From Octopus bimaculoides (Eukaryota): a stretch of DNA of 45,841 nucleotides. This document shows, piece after piece, positions 23,794 through 35,929 of the stretch. The stretch's first letter is position 1; each line of letters opens with the position of its first letter. The stretch covers positions 179,080,065 to 179,125,905 of the forward strand of contig NC_068981.1 of assembly GCF_001194135.2 (NCBI RefSeq), read 5' to 3'. Made by a program: the position numbers and the translations under genes. The notes below the pieces were generated by a model. It was not told the origin of the DNA. It ran no database searches and was given only the letters and a program-made list of their open reading frames with translations.

Positions 23794-24406
23794 TATACTA
23801 TGTATATGTTTTATATATTTCTAATGTTTTTATGTATATATATATATATGTTTTAGCAGGTATCACAACTGTCTCTAAGATAAATTAATACATATTTAAA
23901 TTTACCGAATATATGTCTAAATAAAGGAATATAATTAAGGGATTATAAATTTCATATTTAATTGAAAAAGTCGGTTTAGAATTAAACCAGCAAAAATATA
24001 TTCGAATATAATGATTTTCGCTAAAACGTTTCATTTCTTCAAGTAGCTTGCGTGTGACCTGGAAGCCGCTAGTACAACCAGGTCCTTCCTATGCCGTCCA
24101 CTCTTTCCCACAGAGAATGTCGTTTAATCAATAAAATGATGTAAATTTTACCACAGAACTGTATGCTGCGAATGATTACATTTTTCAGAAAATTAGCAGC
24201 GAATATCAACAAATTACAGATTTCAGTGTCAAATTATTAACACAGCAGTTTCTTTAGTGTTAGTTCCACGTCTCCACATATTCAGTCCACCTGTGAAAAT
24301 CTAACTCGTGGACAAAGCGCAGAAACATCACTAGTTGAAGGCGAAGACCGTTTCACTAGTGTCACCTACCTTAAGGTTCATTAGAGTGTTGTTACATTTC
24401 GTATTA

Positions 24407-24793
24407 GTGGAGGCGCAATGGCCCAGTGGTTAGGGCAGCAGACTCGCGGTCATTGAATCGCGGTTTCGATACCCAGACCGGGCGTTGTGAGTGTTTATTG
24501 AGCGAAAACACCTAAAGTTCCACGAGGCTCCGGCAGGGGATGGTGGCGAACCCTGCTGTACTCTTTCACCACAACTTTCTCTCACTCTTTCTTCTTGTTT
24601 CTGTTGTGCCTGTAATTCAAAGGGCCAGCCTTGTCACACTGTGTCACGCTGAATATCCCCCTAGAACTACGTTAAGGGTACACGTGTCTGTGGAGTGCTC
24701 AGCCACTTGCACGTTAATTTCACGAGCAGGCTGTTCCGTTGATCGGATCAACTGGAACTCTCGACGTCGTAAGCAACGGAGTGTTAACAACAA
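24407..24793 (+). mobile_element. SINE family 1, full length, 13-bp TSD
   Basis: TSD ACATTTCGTATTA at 24394-24406 and 24794-24806. Confidence 0.95.
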
Positions 24794-26363
24794 ACATTTC
24801 GTATTAAGTCCCCCCCATTTTACAATTCTTTAAGTATATTTACACAAGTAATAGTCGGTTTACACTCTAAAATTAAGTAATCGGAAGGTGAGATAAGCGA
24901 TAATGACTGAGCTTTAAAAGACAGGTGAAACTCGTCTGATGACAATCATCGCTTTCAATGGCAAAAACACTTATGGTTTAATCTACGTTATATTTTCACA
25001 GCGCGACATCTATGATTGTTAAGTATACTGTATATGTCTTCCGTTTACAAATATATCCATAATCTCGCTGTATTGGCGGTTTCGATTATACGCGCGCGCA
25101 AACAGACGTGTATATGTGTGTATGTGTATGTATGTCTGTGTATATTTGTTTTTGTGTAAATGTATATAAATATATGTGTTTATATATGTATGTATACATG
25201 TGTGTGTATATTTATGTGTGTGTATGTGTGTCAGCTTGTATATATATATATGCATGTGTGGACGCGTGTATGTCTGTATATATATGCCTAGTACGTGTGC
25301 ACATATGTGTATACATATATATACACATAGATATAGGCAGACATTGAAAGAGAGAGTACAGAGTGAAAGAAAGAGAGGGGTTAAAAAGAAAGATAGAAGG
25401 AAGAAAAAGAGAGTGGAGAGAAAAATAAAGAGGCGAGATTCGTGTGTGTCCGTGAGAGCGAGAGAGAGCGAGGGGAAAGAGAGGGGAGAGGGAGAGAGAG
25501 GGAGAGAGAGAGGGGGAGAAGGAGAGAGAAGGAGAGAAGAGAAAAAATGAGATAAATATATTCGGTTTTGTAATTTATAACAGCTATTATTTTACTAACT
25601 GAATTCTATCGAGGGAAATATTTTTTAAAGTAGATTAATATGTAAGAAGTCCCATGGTTTGGTAACTAACTAGTAACTAAAAACGTTTTGCATGCTCATC
25701 CGAACGTATTTTCAAGTTAATAAAAGCAGAATATTGGGAAAAAAATCAATTTTTACTACACAATAAATTCAGTTGTAAACTTAATGAGTCAGACTTTATA
25801 AGAAATCACCTTTTTGAACTTTCCTCTTTAATCGACCATTTTTGCTGAAACATTCAAAACAGCTTTCGAAAAACTATAAAATTCTACATTAGTGAGAACC
25901 GATCTATTATGTATTGCACACGCACATCTATTAAACATGCAACATCCAATACGTTAATTCTTTCAATTTTGCATAAGTTGTCGTTGATTTGATTATACGA
26001 AACGGTTTCGATCTTTGTTTGGAATCGTCGTAGCTCAGTTACGCAGGTAAAATTCTTATGCAACGCACATTCGTAATTATAATTTTTGATTAAGATAAAG
26101 AAGTTGGATTCTAGCTTCTCGGATTATTCAGAGTTTTAAAGCATAATTATTGATAACAGATGTATGGCGTGAAACAACAGCTTGGAAAAAGTTATATTAG
26201 CTGTGGAGAAGCTAAGTGGAATAGTAACTGACATACGCACCCCCCCCNNNNNNNNNNATACACACACATTTATATATATATGGATCAGTTTGATTCAAAA
26301 TCGTTGGTACTTTTGAGTTTCAAGCGTGATGCTAGTCATCAGCCATTTTGAATTTGTCCACTC

Positions 26364-26408
<45 letters not shown>

Positions 26409-28374
26409 GAGAAAGAAAGAGAGAAAGGGAGGAGGAAAGGAGGCGGGAAAACTGACTAAAGTAGCCAATTAAATGTATGCATAATAATGCATAAATAGTT
26501 CTCTGTAACATAGTGCAATAGAGTGTTCCTGATAACCCGCTCTTCTTAAATATCCAAATGCACTGGAACATTCGCCGCAGAGTTCCAAATAACCACAGTA
26601 GGGAAACGTGCGTTGGATCAAATGACATATATTAGTGTTTATCGTAATACATACACACATAATTAACGTAATTTGACGTATGAGTGCCGAAGAAAATGTA
26701 AAGAGCTGTACATTCAAATATGTGATGTGATGATAAACTTCATATACGACCCAAGTTAGATTCCCAGAATTTATATTACATAGTTTTTCGTTCCCATTCA
26801 TCAAAGTTACCGAGATCCTTCCTCTTATTTTTGGAAGTTTCTTTCAACAGGAAAAGGAATATTGCTTTCACTCTGTTGTATTGTCATAAATTAGATCTTT
26901 TTTTGCACAGTGCCTCAATTGTCTGTTTTCTTATTCGTGAAGGAATCTCCTTTTATATTTATGTTACTTATGATAGGCTTTGGAGAGAACTTCATCGTTG
27001 GACTGTTTCCTTGGCTAAAAACTGGATTCACACATTTTCAGATAGTTTCTATTTGAAGGGAAACTTGGGGTGAACTATCACGATATGGTTTATCGCTGTA
27101 AATGGTGGTTCGGATTCTTCGCGAGGCAATGAAGGAAGGCCGATCCAGAAAAGCATTGTTGCTCTTTCATGCAATTGTTAGATCAACTGTTCCTTTGTGA
27201 TACGTTTGAAACTTAGACTTCCTTTTAAACACTTCTATTACGCACCGAATTTCATTGGAGACCGGCATTTTATTGCCTTCTAAATCCCGTTTTGTCTGCA
27301 ATGTCATTAACACGCGTCGCGTAACAAAATTCAGATATTCATGATGATGATGTTGATGATGTTGATAATAAAAATAGTAATGACAATAATTATAGCAACA
27401 TTAGCAATAACTAATTTCCTTTGATGATCTAATTAAATACACAAAAATTAGCTATGACAGACATTCAAAAGCACTACAAAATATATTGGAGAATACCTGC
27501 CTAAAAAAACAAAACAAAAAACAAAAGAACGTTTATTGCAAGAATGCTAAATGTTAATGGTGAACTAAGTGATAAAAGATATGCAAATTATATGAAGCCA
27601 CAAGCTATACACGACACCAATTAAGCTTAACTATCGTTTAACGGCATTAGAAAAATATTATTCATTGGACATTTTCTGATAATGTCTTATTTCTTATCTG
27701 CACGGTGATGTTTAGAGAATATCGCAGTAAATTTCATAGAGTACAAATGAAGATGACTGTATAAAATGAACAATAATAAATTAAAACAAAATACGAAATA
27801 AAAAAAAAAAGGATAAATATTTCCTAAGCATAAACTACTAAAGGTTAAAAAAATATACATAACAAATGATAAAAAACACACGCACACATATCTCCCATAA
27901 AGAATTAATTTCATTAAATGCGAGTATGCTTTTGCATACTATCGAAAATGCGTGGCGGTTCTTTCCTCTTTATGCTCGTGTATTTTACTTTTAACATATA
28001 CTCACACTCAGGCACACACATACTCATACAACACGCACAAATACACGCATACATATCAAACGCAAAAACTAATTCATACACACATTCGGTTGTCTTTGTC
28101 GGGATAAATTAAGTTAAATGACTACGGCAAGTATCAATTGATAAATTGTCTTTTTATACATTTTTTCATGCTGTTAGTGTGCCATGTAATAGAATTTGAG
28201 TTAAAAATTATTTAGCGTCCAAATGAAATATAAAAATGTGTCTAGCGAAATGATGTAATAACAAAACCAACAGCCACAAAAACAAAAATAGCTGCAGAAA
28301 CAATAACAACAGCCATCATAGCAAAAATAGCTGCAAAAACAATAACAACAACGATAGTTATTAATACTTTCTAA

Positions 28375-28700
28375 ATTGGCACAAGGCTCGCAATTTTGAG
28401 GGAGGGGGCAAAATCGATCAGATCGAACTTAATACTTGGATGGTACTTTATTTTATCGACCTCGGTGTGATGTGAAATTAGAACGTAAGAAGCTGGAAGA
28501 AATATGCTAAAAAGCATTTTGTCCGAAATACTTAAGATTTAGTAAGCCTCCCGCCTTAATAACAATAGCAATTTTTCTACAATTGGCAAGAGGCCTGAAA
28601 TTTTGGGGTCGTGGGTCAGTCGATTTCATCAACCCCAGCGCTCAACTGATACTTATTTTATCGACCCTTAAACGATGTAAGGCAAAGTCAGCCTCAACTA
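28375..28700 (-). mobile_element. Two adjacent diverged SINE family 3 fragments
   Basis: GGTACTTTATTTTATCGACC and TACTTATTTTATCGACCC...GGCAAAGTC reverse-complement motifs occur twice. Confidence 0.6.
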
Positions 28701-28812
28701 ACTTTGCCTTTTATCCTTATAGAAGGTAAAAACCAAAAGAAATATTGTCAAGCATTTTGTTCGACATGCAAAAAATTATGTCAGCTAGCTACTTTAATAA
28801 CTATGATGATAA

Positions 28813-28854
<42 letters not shown>

Positions 28855-28871
28855 TGATGATAATGATGATA

Positions 28872-29785
28872 ATAAGAGCACTCAGGGAGCACAAACCTCC
28901 GCCAAGGCAACCCCAACGTCCTCTCAATGATAACCAGAGATGATTTTTAATGAGAATCTCTGAAATAAACTCAACTGTTCTCACAAACGAGAATACTAAA
29001 AATGAACACGACCACTCTCAAAAATTAAGTAAAAACACCGGGAAAATAATCCAGAATCCTTGTCCGATGCCTGATCGATCCCAATGGTAGTCATGGAATG
29101 AAAAGGTGGCTGTAGAAAATTTAGTAACAATAATAAATAGTTTATCCTTATCTAATACAAGCCAAAGTTAACAAATTCACCATTCAAAATACTTTCAAAG
29201 GCGGATGTAATAATAATAATAATAATAAGTTCTACTCAAGAATTTTTTAATGAATAACATGAGATCTTTTGGTTTTGTCTTCTCTTAAATTCCGGCCTTC
29301 TTTTAGTATTCCTATTGTTTTTGATCGATGAATAGATGTATGTATATATGTGAATAAACTGTAAGGTGTTAATATGTATGTGTAATAAATAATATATATG
29401 TTATAAAAATATGTTTGTGTTATTTAATTTCTGAACGGTTTTGATGCTGTTTGTTTATGTAGTGTGGTTTCTTTATCCATCAGTTTCTACTAAGTTAGAG
29501 ACGGGAGTAAAATAAAACCTTGGAAACAGCCAAATGGGAGATAACTGAGAAAGACTTGAAAGTGAACGTAAGATCGTAATCATGTAAAGTAAATATAACA
29601 AATAATCCAAAATCCTTGTCCGGTACTTAATCGATCCCAAAATCTAAATAGTTCGTGCCAATTACGAGGTCAAACATCCCTGAAAGTTTCATCTGAATCC
29701 ATCCAGCAGTTCTTGAGATATCTTGTCCACGGACAAACAAACAAACACAACTGAAAGCAATACCTCCGCCTTCACTAAGGCGGAG

Positions 29786-29787
<2 letters not shown>
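28872..29787 (-). mobile_element. Non-autonomous rolling-circle-type element (Helentron-associated, HINE-like architecture) split by about 515 bp of other sequence
   Basis: Terminal hairpin CTCCGCCTT-CACT-AAGGCGGAG (29764-29785), sub-terminal repeat CCTCCGCC (28896-28903), short GAGCACTCAGGGAGCAC motif at the other end, and a (CAAA)n tract. Both ends lie in TAA repeats. Confidence 0.55.
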
Positions 29788-29831
<44 letters not shown>

Positions 29832-29904
29832 TAATAATAAACTTCTCTTTTCTTCCCAGTCATCTATTTTTCGATCCTTCTCCCATTTACATCTATATTC
29901 TTTT

Positions 29905-30141
29905 CTTATTTCTTTATTGCCCACAAGGCGCTAAACATAGAGGGGACAAACAAGGACAGACAAAGGGATTAAGTCAATTACATCGAACCCAGTGCGTAAC
30001 TGGTACTTAATTTATCGACCCCGAAAGGATGAAAGGTAAAGTCGACCTCGGCGGAATTTGAACTCAGAACGTAACAGCAGACGAAATACCGCTAAGCATT
30101 TCGCCCGGTTTGCTAACGTTTCTGCCAGCTCGCCGCCTTTG
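29905..30141 (-). mobile_element. SINE family 3, full length, TSD of 12 bp or more
   Basis: CTATATTCTTTT at 29893-29904 and 30142-30153. Confidence 0.92.
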
Positions 30142-30559
30142 CTATATTCTTTTCTACTATCTTTAGGGAACATAAAAAAACCCATCTCTCTATATGATCC
30201 TTGGTCTGTTCGAAACGAGAGCAAAAATATTCTTGAAATCGTCCCCACACTGGCTTGAAAAAAGGAGACTTAAAAAAAAAGGCGCAAGATAGTCACGACT
30301 AGAAATATTGAGGTCACAAGTCTGCTTGAACAGTGTTGACCAGAGACTCCTCTTCCTGCTCCCCTGTTCCCATTCCTCCTTCTTTCCACCTGTTCGTGCC
30401 CACTTCCTCCTTCCTTCCACCCATCCTCCTTTCCTTCCCTTCATCCCCTTCCTCTCCCCCTTCCTTTTCGTTCGTTCGTTCGTTCGTTCCTTCTCCTCTT
30501 CCTCACTATTAATATCATCGCGGACGTCACAACACCGCAGCTGCCGCCCTGATTGGCGT

Positions 30560-30983
30560 TTTCATCATCATCACCATCATGATCAGCGTCAACAGTACCC
30601 TCATCACTATGACTTTCTCTAATGCTACCGGTTGTCGTCGTCGTAATCTTCCTCATCCACCTCGTCCTCCTCCTCCTCCTCTTCGTCCTCCTCGTCACCA
30701 AAACAACCACCACCACCACCACCACCACCACAACCACCTCCACATCATCATCATCATCATCATCATCATCGTCATCATCATCATCATCATCATCGTCATC
30801 ATCATCGTCATCATCATCGTCATCATCATCATCGTCATCGTCATCATCATCATCGTCATCGTCATCATCATCATCATCGTCATCATCATCATCGTCATCG
30901 TCATCATCATCATCATCGTCATCATCATCATCATCATCGTCATCGTCATCGTCATCACCATCATCATCATCATCATCATCGTC
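30560..30983. repeat. Compound trinucleotide repeat (CAT, CCT, CAC, then CAT interrupted by CGT) running into a gap
   Basis: Read directly from the sequence. Confidence 0.95.
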
Positions 30984-31694
30984 NNNNNNNNNNNNNNNNN
31001 NNNNNNNNNNNNNNNNNNNNNNNNNNNNNNNNNNNNNNNNNNNNNNNNNNNNNNNNNNNNNNNNNNNNNNNNNNNNNNNNNNNNNNNNNNNNNNNNNNNN
31101 NNNNNNNNNNNNNNNNNNNNNNNNNNNNNNNNNNNNNNNNNNNNNNNNNNNNNNNNNNNNNNNNNNNNNNNNNNNNNNNNNNNNNNNNNNNNNNNNNNNN
31201 NNNNNNNNNNNNNNNNNNNNNNNNNNNNNNNNNNNNNNNNNNNNNNNNNNNNNNNNNNNNNNNNNNNNNNNNNNNNNNNNNNNNNNNNNNNNNNNNNNNN
31301 NNNNNNNNNNNNNNNNNNNNNNNNNNNNNNNNNNNNNNNNNNNNNNNNNNNNNNNNNNNNNNNNNNNNNNNNNNNNNNNNNNNNNNNNNNNNNNNNNNNN
31401 NNNNNNNNNNNNNNNNNNNNNNNNNNNNNNNNNNNNNNNNNNNNNNNNNNNNNNNNNNNNNNNNNNNNNNNNNNNNNNNNNNNNNNNNNNNNNNNNNNNN
31501 NNNNNNNNNNNNNNNNNNNNNNNNNNNNNNNNNNNNNNNNNNNNNNNNNNNNNNNNNNNNNNNNNNNNNNNNNNNNNNNNNNNNNNNNNNNNNNNNNNNN
31601 NNNNNNNNNNNNNNNNNNNNNNNNNNNNNNNNNNNNNNNNNNNNNNNNNNNNNNNNNNNNNNNNNNNNNNNNNNNNNNNNNNNNNNNNNNNNNN

Positions 31695-32035
31695 TGATCC
31701 GATCAACGGAACAGCCCGCTCGTGAAATTAACGTGCAAGTGGCTGAGCACTCCACAGACACGTGTACCTTTAACGTAGTTCTCGGGGAGATTCAGCGTGA
31801 CAGTGTGACAAGGCTGACCCTTTGAATTACAGGTAGAACAAAAACAGGAAGTAAGAGTGAGAGAAAGTTGTGGTGAAAGAGTACAGCAGGGTTCGCCACC
31901 ATCCCCTGCCGGAGCCTCGTGGAACTTTAGGTGTTTTCGTTCAATAAACACTCACAACGCCCGGTCTGGGAATCGAAACCGCGATCCTATGACCGCGAGT
32001 TCGCTGCCCTAACCACTGGGCCATTGCGCCTCCAC
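31695..32035 (-). mobile_element. SINE family 1, 3' end lost in gap
   Basis: Reverse-complement match to 24407-24750. The head ends at ...GCGCCTCCAC (32035). Confidence 0.9.
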
Positions 32036-32037
32036 TG

Positions 32038-32130
32038 GAATGTATCCAGGACCTCAAGGCAGTGATGCTGGACTGAGAAGTTTGGCGGATGGACTTTGTT
32101 GCTGCAGCCCGAATTGGAACCCTGTCATAA
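32038..32130 (+). mobile_element. C-terminal remnant of an RTE-like LINE ORF
   Basis: ECIQDLKAVMLD*EVWRMDFVAAARIGT resembles the L..AM.DR..WR terminal motif of RTE-clade proteins, from recall. Confidence 0.4.
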
Positions 32131-32137
32131 TAAAAAG

Positions 32138-32270
32138 AGAAAACTGTTTGCTTTTCTGACAGAATCCAGCATGGGCTTCTTATATTTTCATCACGAGGAT
32201 AAGAAAACTGTTTGCTTTTCTGACAGAGTCCAGCATGGGCTTCTTATATTTTCATCACGAGGATAAGAAA
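32138..32270. repeat. 64-bp tandem duplication
   Basis: Units start at 32138 and 32202 (AGAAAACTGTTTGC...GAGGATA) and differ at one position. Confidence 0.92.
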
Positions 32271-32712
32271 CAAGTTTTCATTGAACCCATGGCGATTACC
32301 GACTGTCACTGTTGTCTCTGAATTATAGTGATTATATTTGTTTATTTCACCACATCTTCTTCGACTCCAGAATCATTCGTTGCTTATTTCTTTCTAATTT
32401 GCTTATAATAATTATTTGACACACATCGTAAAAAAGCCGACGCAAATTTAGCAAACTTTCACCATGTCCACCACCTCAATTTGAACGAATGGCAATGGCT
32501 AATAGATTTAGATTGCCTGTAAATTCGAAATCTATGATTGATATAACAATTTTGTGGTACACAGGTGTATAATAAATCCTCTTCTAGAATAGCAATGTGC
32601 AATAAATTTACCTCTCTAGCATCGTTATGCGCTAAATCGACACTTAAAGCAACGAACTTCTATAAATCTACAACTATAATAAAAGTGTATGTACATCTAT
32701 GTCTCTATTACA

Positions 32713-32713
<1 letters not shown>

Positions 32714-32766
<53 letters not shown>

Positions 32767-33632
32767 GTAAATTTCTCTTCTAAATCGGTGTTTGTAAATG
32801 TTTTATATAATATCTATTTAAATTCTTAACCGTTAATATATAATTATTGTTACTGTTGCTGTTAAATTTCATAATAGACGTTCAGTGGAAGTGTAATATC
32901 TATGTCAGGCAGTACAATATCTTATCTTCTGGTGGTTAAGTGACTACGAAATTATCTCGTATCCTCATGTGATGAAGAATGAAATAGAAATGTTTATGCT
33001 AGTAAATTTATTTGTATACCCGTATACCCATATTTGATTACATCGAGTATTACTGGACAGCCTGTTCTTCAGTCGCAGATAAATGCAATCGATGCCGCAT
33101 TTATCTTCTATACTATAAATTGCAGTGTTCTTGATTGCTTGCTTGCTTGATTGATTGATTGAGTGTCGGCAGATTCACTCGACATTCAAACAGCTTTTCC
33201 ATATTGAGACAAACGGACTCTGCACAATTGTATCCATCCGGGAACGCGTTTTCAATAATTGAAATTCACAATTCTAATCAGTGTACATAAACGTCCAACC
33301 TATGATTGATCTTGAACAGTCTCGATTAACATTGTTGTGTCGCCAATACAACAACCGCACTACCATATATTTTTCTTTTAAGGCGAGGTTATACCACAAA
33401 TAAGGTTCCGTGACTACATGGGGCTATGGGTACACACATGAAGTTAGTTTTACAATATCGACCCGCAAAATCCTTAGCATCGTATTGTTTTTGGGTTGTT
33501 CTTACTTTTTTTTGGTTTTGGAATTTTTTATTTTTTTATTTTTAGTTCTTTTTATTATTCAAAATATACATAGGAAATAGCCTTTAACCAAATCCACCAC
33601 ACTGCCCGAGTGAAACCGGGAAAAACAGCTAG
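32714..33632 (+). mobile_element. Putative non-autonomous Helitron
   Basis: 5' A|TC(TATC)n start at 32714. 3' hairpin CCCG-AGTGAAAC-CGGG (33605-33620), then CTAG|T at 33629-33633. The 5' boundary is uncertain. Confidence 0.45.
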
Positions 33633-34050
33633 TTAGTATATATTGGGGAAACATTGATCTCAGGGCGGTTTTCTTCTTATAGAATATACACATTTATATA
33701 GTACACGCATGCTTACATACACACACTTAATATGTCGATTGTCTCATCATGCCAGATGAAAGTCGTCATACATTCAACCTGGTTCTTCTGATTTACCTTC
33801 TTCCTTGTACGTGTGCTGATGACGTTTCACAAAACGCGTCCATCATTATAGGTCTTTATAAAATACAAAACGGGTCAAGAAATGAAACGATAATGAGACA
33901 CTTGTACGTCACTGGATTTAAGTGACACACGTGTACAAAACTTTTGCCACAATCTCGGTCGCCATAGTAGGTGCCATGACAAGAATTGACTAGTACTATT
34001 TTGACTGCAAGTCCCACGGCTTTGTCAGAAATAATCTTTGGGAAATCTAG

Positions 34051-35052
34051 TTAATACACGAACTTCTCGAGATTTTTGCTCACTGCTCCCAGGGCTCCGA
34101 CAATTATTGGTATTACTGCTACCTTATTCAGCGACCACAACTGCTGAACATCCCAAGCTAACCTGTCATATATCTCGATTTTTCTTTCTTCCTTATCGCA
34201 TACCTTGTTGTCAGCTGGGCATGCTATGTCTATGATCCAGCATAGTTTGTTTTCTTTCTCAATTAACACTATGTCCGGCTTCCTATTCCCTATCTCATGG
34301 TCGCACTGAATCATACAATCCCGTAGGATTTTGCATTTCTGTTTTCGACGATGCCTTCAGGTTTGTAGTCGTACCAATTTTTGGCTCTGTCAAGTCCATA
34401 CTTATTGCAGAGTGTCCAATGCACAAGCCAGGCTATATTGTCGTGGCGTCTCTTATATTCCTTCTGAACAAGTGGCGTACATTGGCTGGTAATATGCTAT
34501 ACGGTTTCACCATTTTGTCCACAGATTCTGCACTTATCTCTTTTTGATGTGTTGTCTATTCTGTATTTTATGTAGTTTGTTCTTAGCACTTGCTCTTGGG
34601 CAGCACAGATTAGAGCCTCCGTTTCCGGTTTTAGTCATCCACAGCCATCTTTTTTCTCTGTCTGTCTTATCTTCAACATCCCTATGAAATTGACCATGCA
34701 TTCTTTTCTTTATCCACCTATTTTCAGTTTCATTCGTTTTCAATCTCTTGTACAGTGCTTTATCTTTGCAATCTTTCATCCTACACAAGCCTGACCTTCC
34801 TACTTCTTATAATAGCGGTTGTGTGGCATTTGTTACATATCATGCTATGTTGTTTTCTTCTGCTCTAATGCTGTGTTCGCATCGAATACGTCCTCTTCCT
34901 CCTCTTTTTCTTGTTACATACAGTCTGGCTGTCTGTGTCACTTTTTGGGTGGAGTGACCCATATCTAGTTTGCAACTTCCTTGTCTTTCTGTCTAAGCTG
35001 TTTAGTTCATCTACTGTCCATGCGATTACCCCTGTTCCATATCTAAGGAGTG
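34051..35052 (-). mobile_element. R4/Dong-like non-LTR retrotransposon fragment (post-RT region, CCHC finger, REL endonuclease); pseudogenised
   Basis: LLRYGTGVIAWTVDELNSLDRKTRK...RLYVTRKRGGRG; CRICGQNGETV*HITSQC (CX2CX8HX4C); RHD; RKPDIVLIEKENKLCWIIDIACP...K...IPIIVGALG. It has stops and frameshifts, and its 5' junction lies in (TAA)n. Confidence 0.9.
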
Positions 35053-35109
<57 letters not shown>

Positions 35110-35111
<2 letters not shown>

Positions 35112-35330
35112 GGTGGTGAGCTGGCAGAATCGTTAGCACGCCGGGCAAAATGCTTAACTGCATTTCGTCCGTCTTCACGTTCCGAGTTCAAATTCCACCG
35201 AGGTCGACATTGCCTTTCTTCTTTTCGGGGTCGATAAAATAATCATCAGTTGAGCACTGGAGTCAATGTAATTGACTGGCACCCACCTACTAAATTTCAG
35301 GTTTTGGGCCTATAACAGAAATGGTTATTA
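35110..35330 (+). mobile_element. SINE family 3
   Basis: AAGGTGGTGAGCTGGCAGAATCGTTAGCACGCCGGG...GAGTTCAAATTCC...GGGGTCGATAAAATAA. Confidence 0.85.
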
Positions 35331-35446
35331 TTATTAAGGCGGCCAGCTGGTAGACTCAAAATGAGTACCAGTTAAGCAGTGAGGTCGATGTAATTAACTT
35401 ACACCTTCCCTCAAAATTGTTTACCTTGAGCCAAAATTTGGAACTT

Positions 35447-35925
35447 TCTTCTTCTTCTTCTTCTTCTTCTTCTTCTTGCTGCTGCTGCTACTGCTGCACC
35501 TCCACCTCCTCGTTGTTGTTGTTGTTGTTGTTGTTCTTCTTCTTCTGCTTCTTCTTCTTCTTCTTCTTCTTCTTCTACTTNNNNNNNNNNNNNNNNNNNN
35601 NNNNNNNNNNNNNNNNNNNNNNNNNNNNNNNNNNNNNNNNNNNNNNNNNNNNNNNNNNNNNNNNNNNNNNNNNNNNNNNNNNNNNNNNNNNNNNNNNNNN
35701 NNNNNNNNNNNNNNNNNNNNNNNNNNNNNNNNNNNNNNNNNNNNNNNNNNNNNNNNNNNNNNNNNNNNNNNNNNTCTCATCCTCCTCCTCCTTCCCCCCT
35801 CCCCTTCTTCTTCTTCTTCTCCTTCTTCTTCTTCTTCTTCTTCTTCTTCTTCTTCTTCTTCTTCTTCTTCTTCTTCTTCTTCTTCTTCTTCTTCTTCTTC
35901 TTCTTCTTCTTCTTCTTCTTCTTCA
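35447..35925. repeat. (CTT)n, (GTT)n and (GCT)n compound microsatellite spanning a gap
   Basis: Read directly from the sequence. Confidence 0.95.
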
Positions 35926-35929
35926 GTGT

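Noticed and set aside
26290-27270. Decayed mariner-like remnants
   Set aside because: Only scattered 5-8-residue resemblances and no paired TIRs. Too weak to call.
30441-30983. Poly-Asp, poly-His or poly-Ser coding exon
   Set aside because: The repeat register changes between frames, there are no convincing splice sites, and it is explained by a compound microsatellite.
33810-33845. CTGATGACGTTTCACAAAACGCGTC as a hammerhead
   Set aside because: GAAA is absent, stem II is at most 1 bp in the required register, and stem I is only 3 bp.
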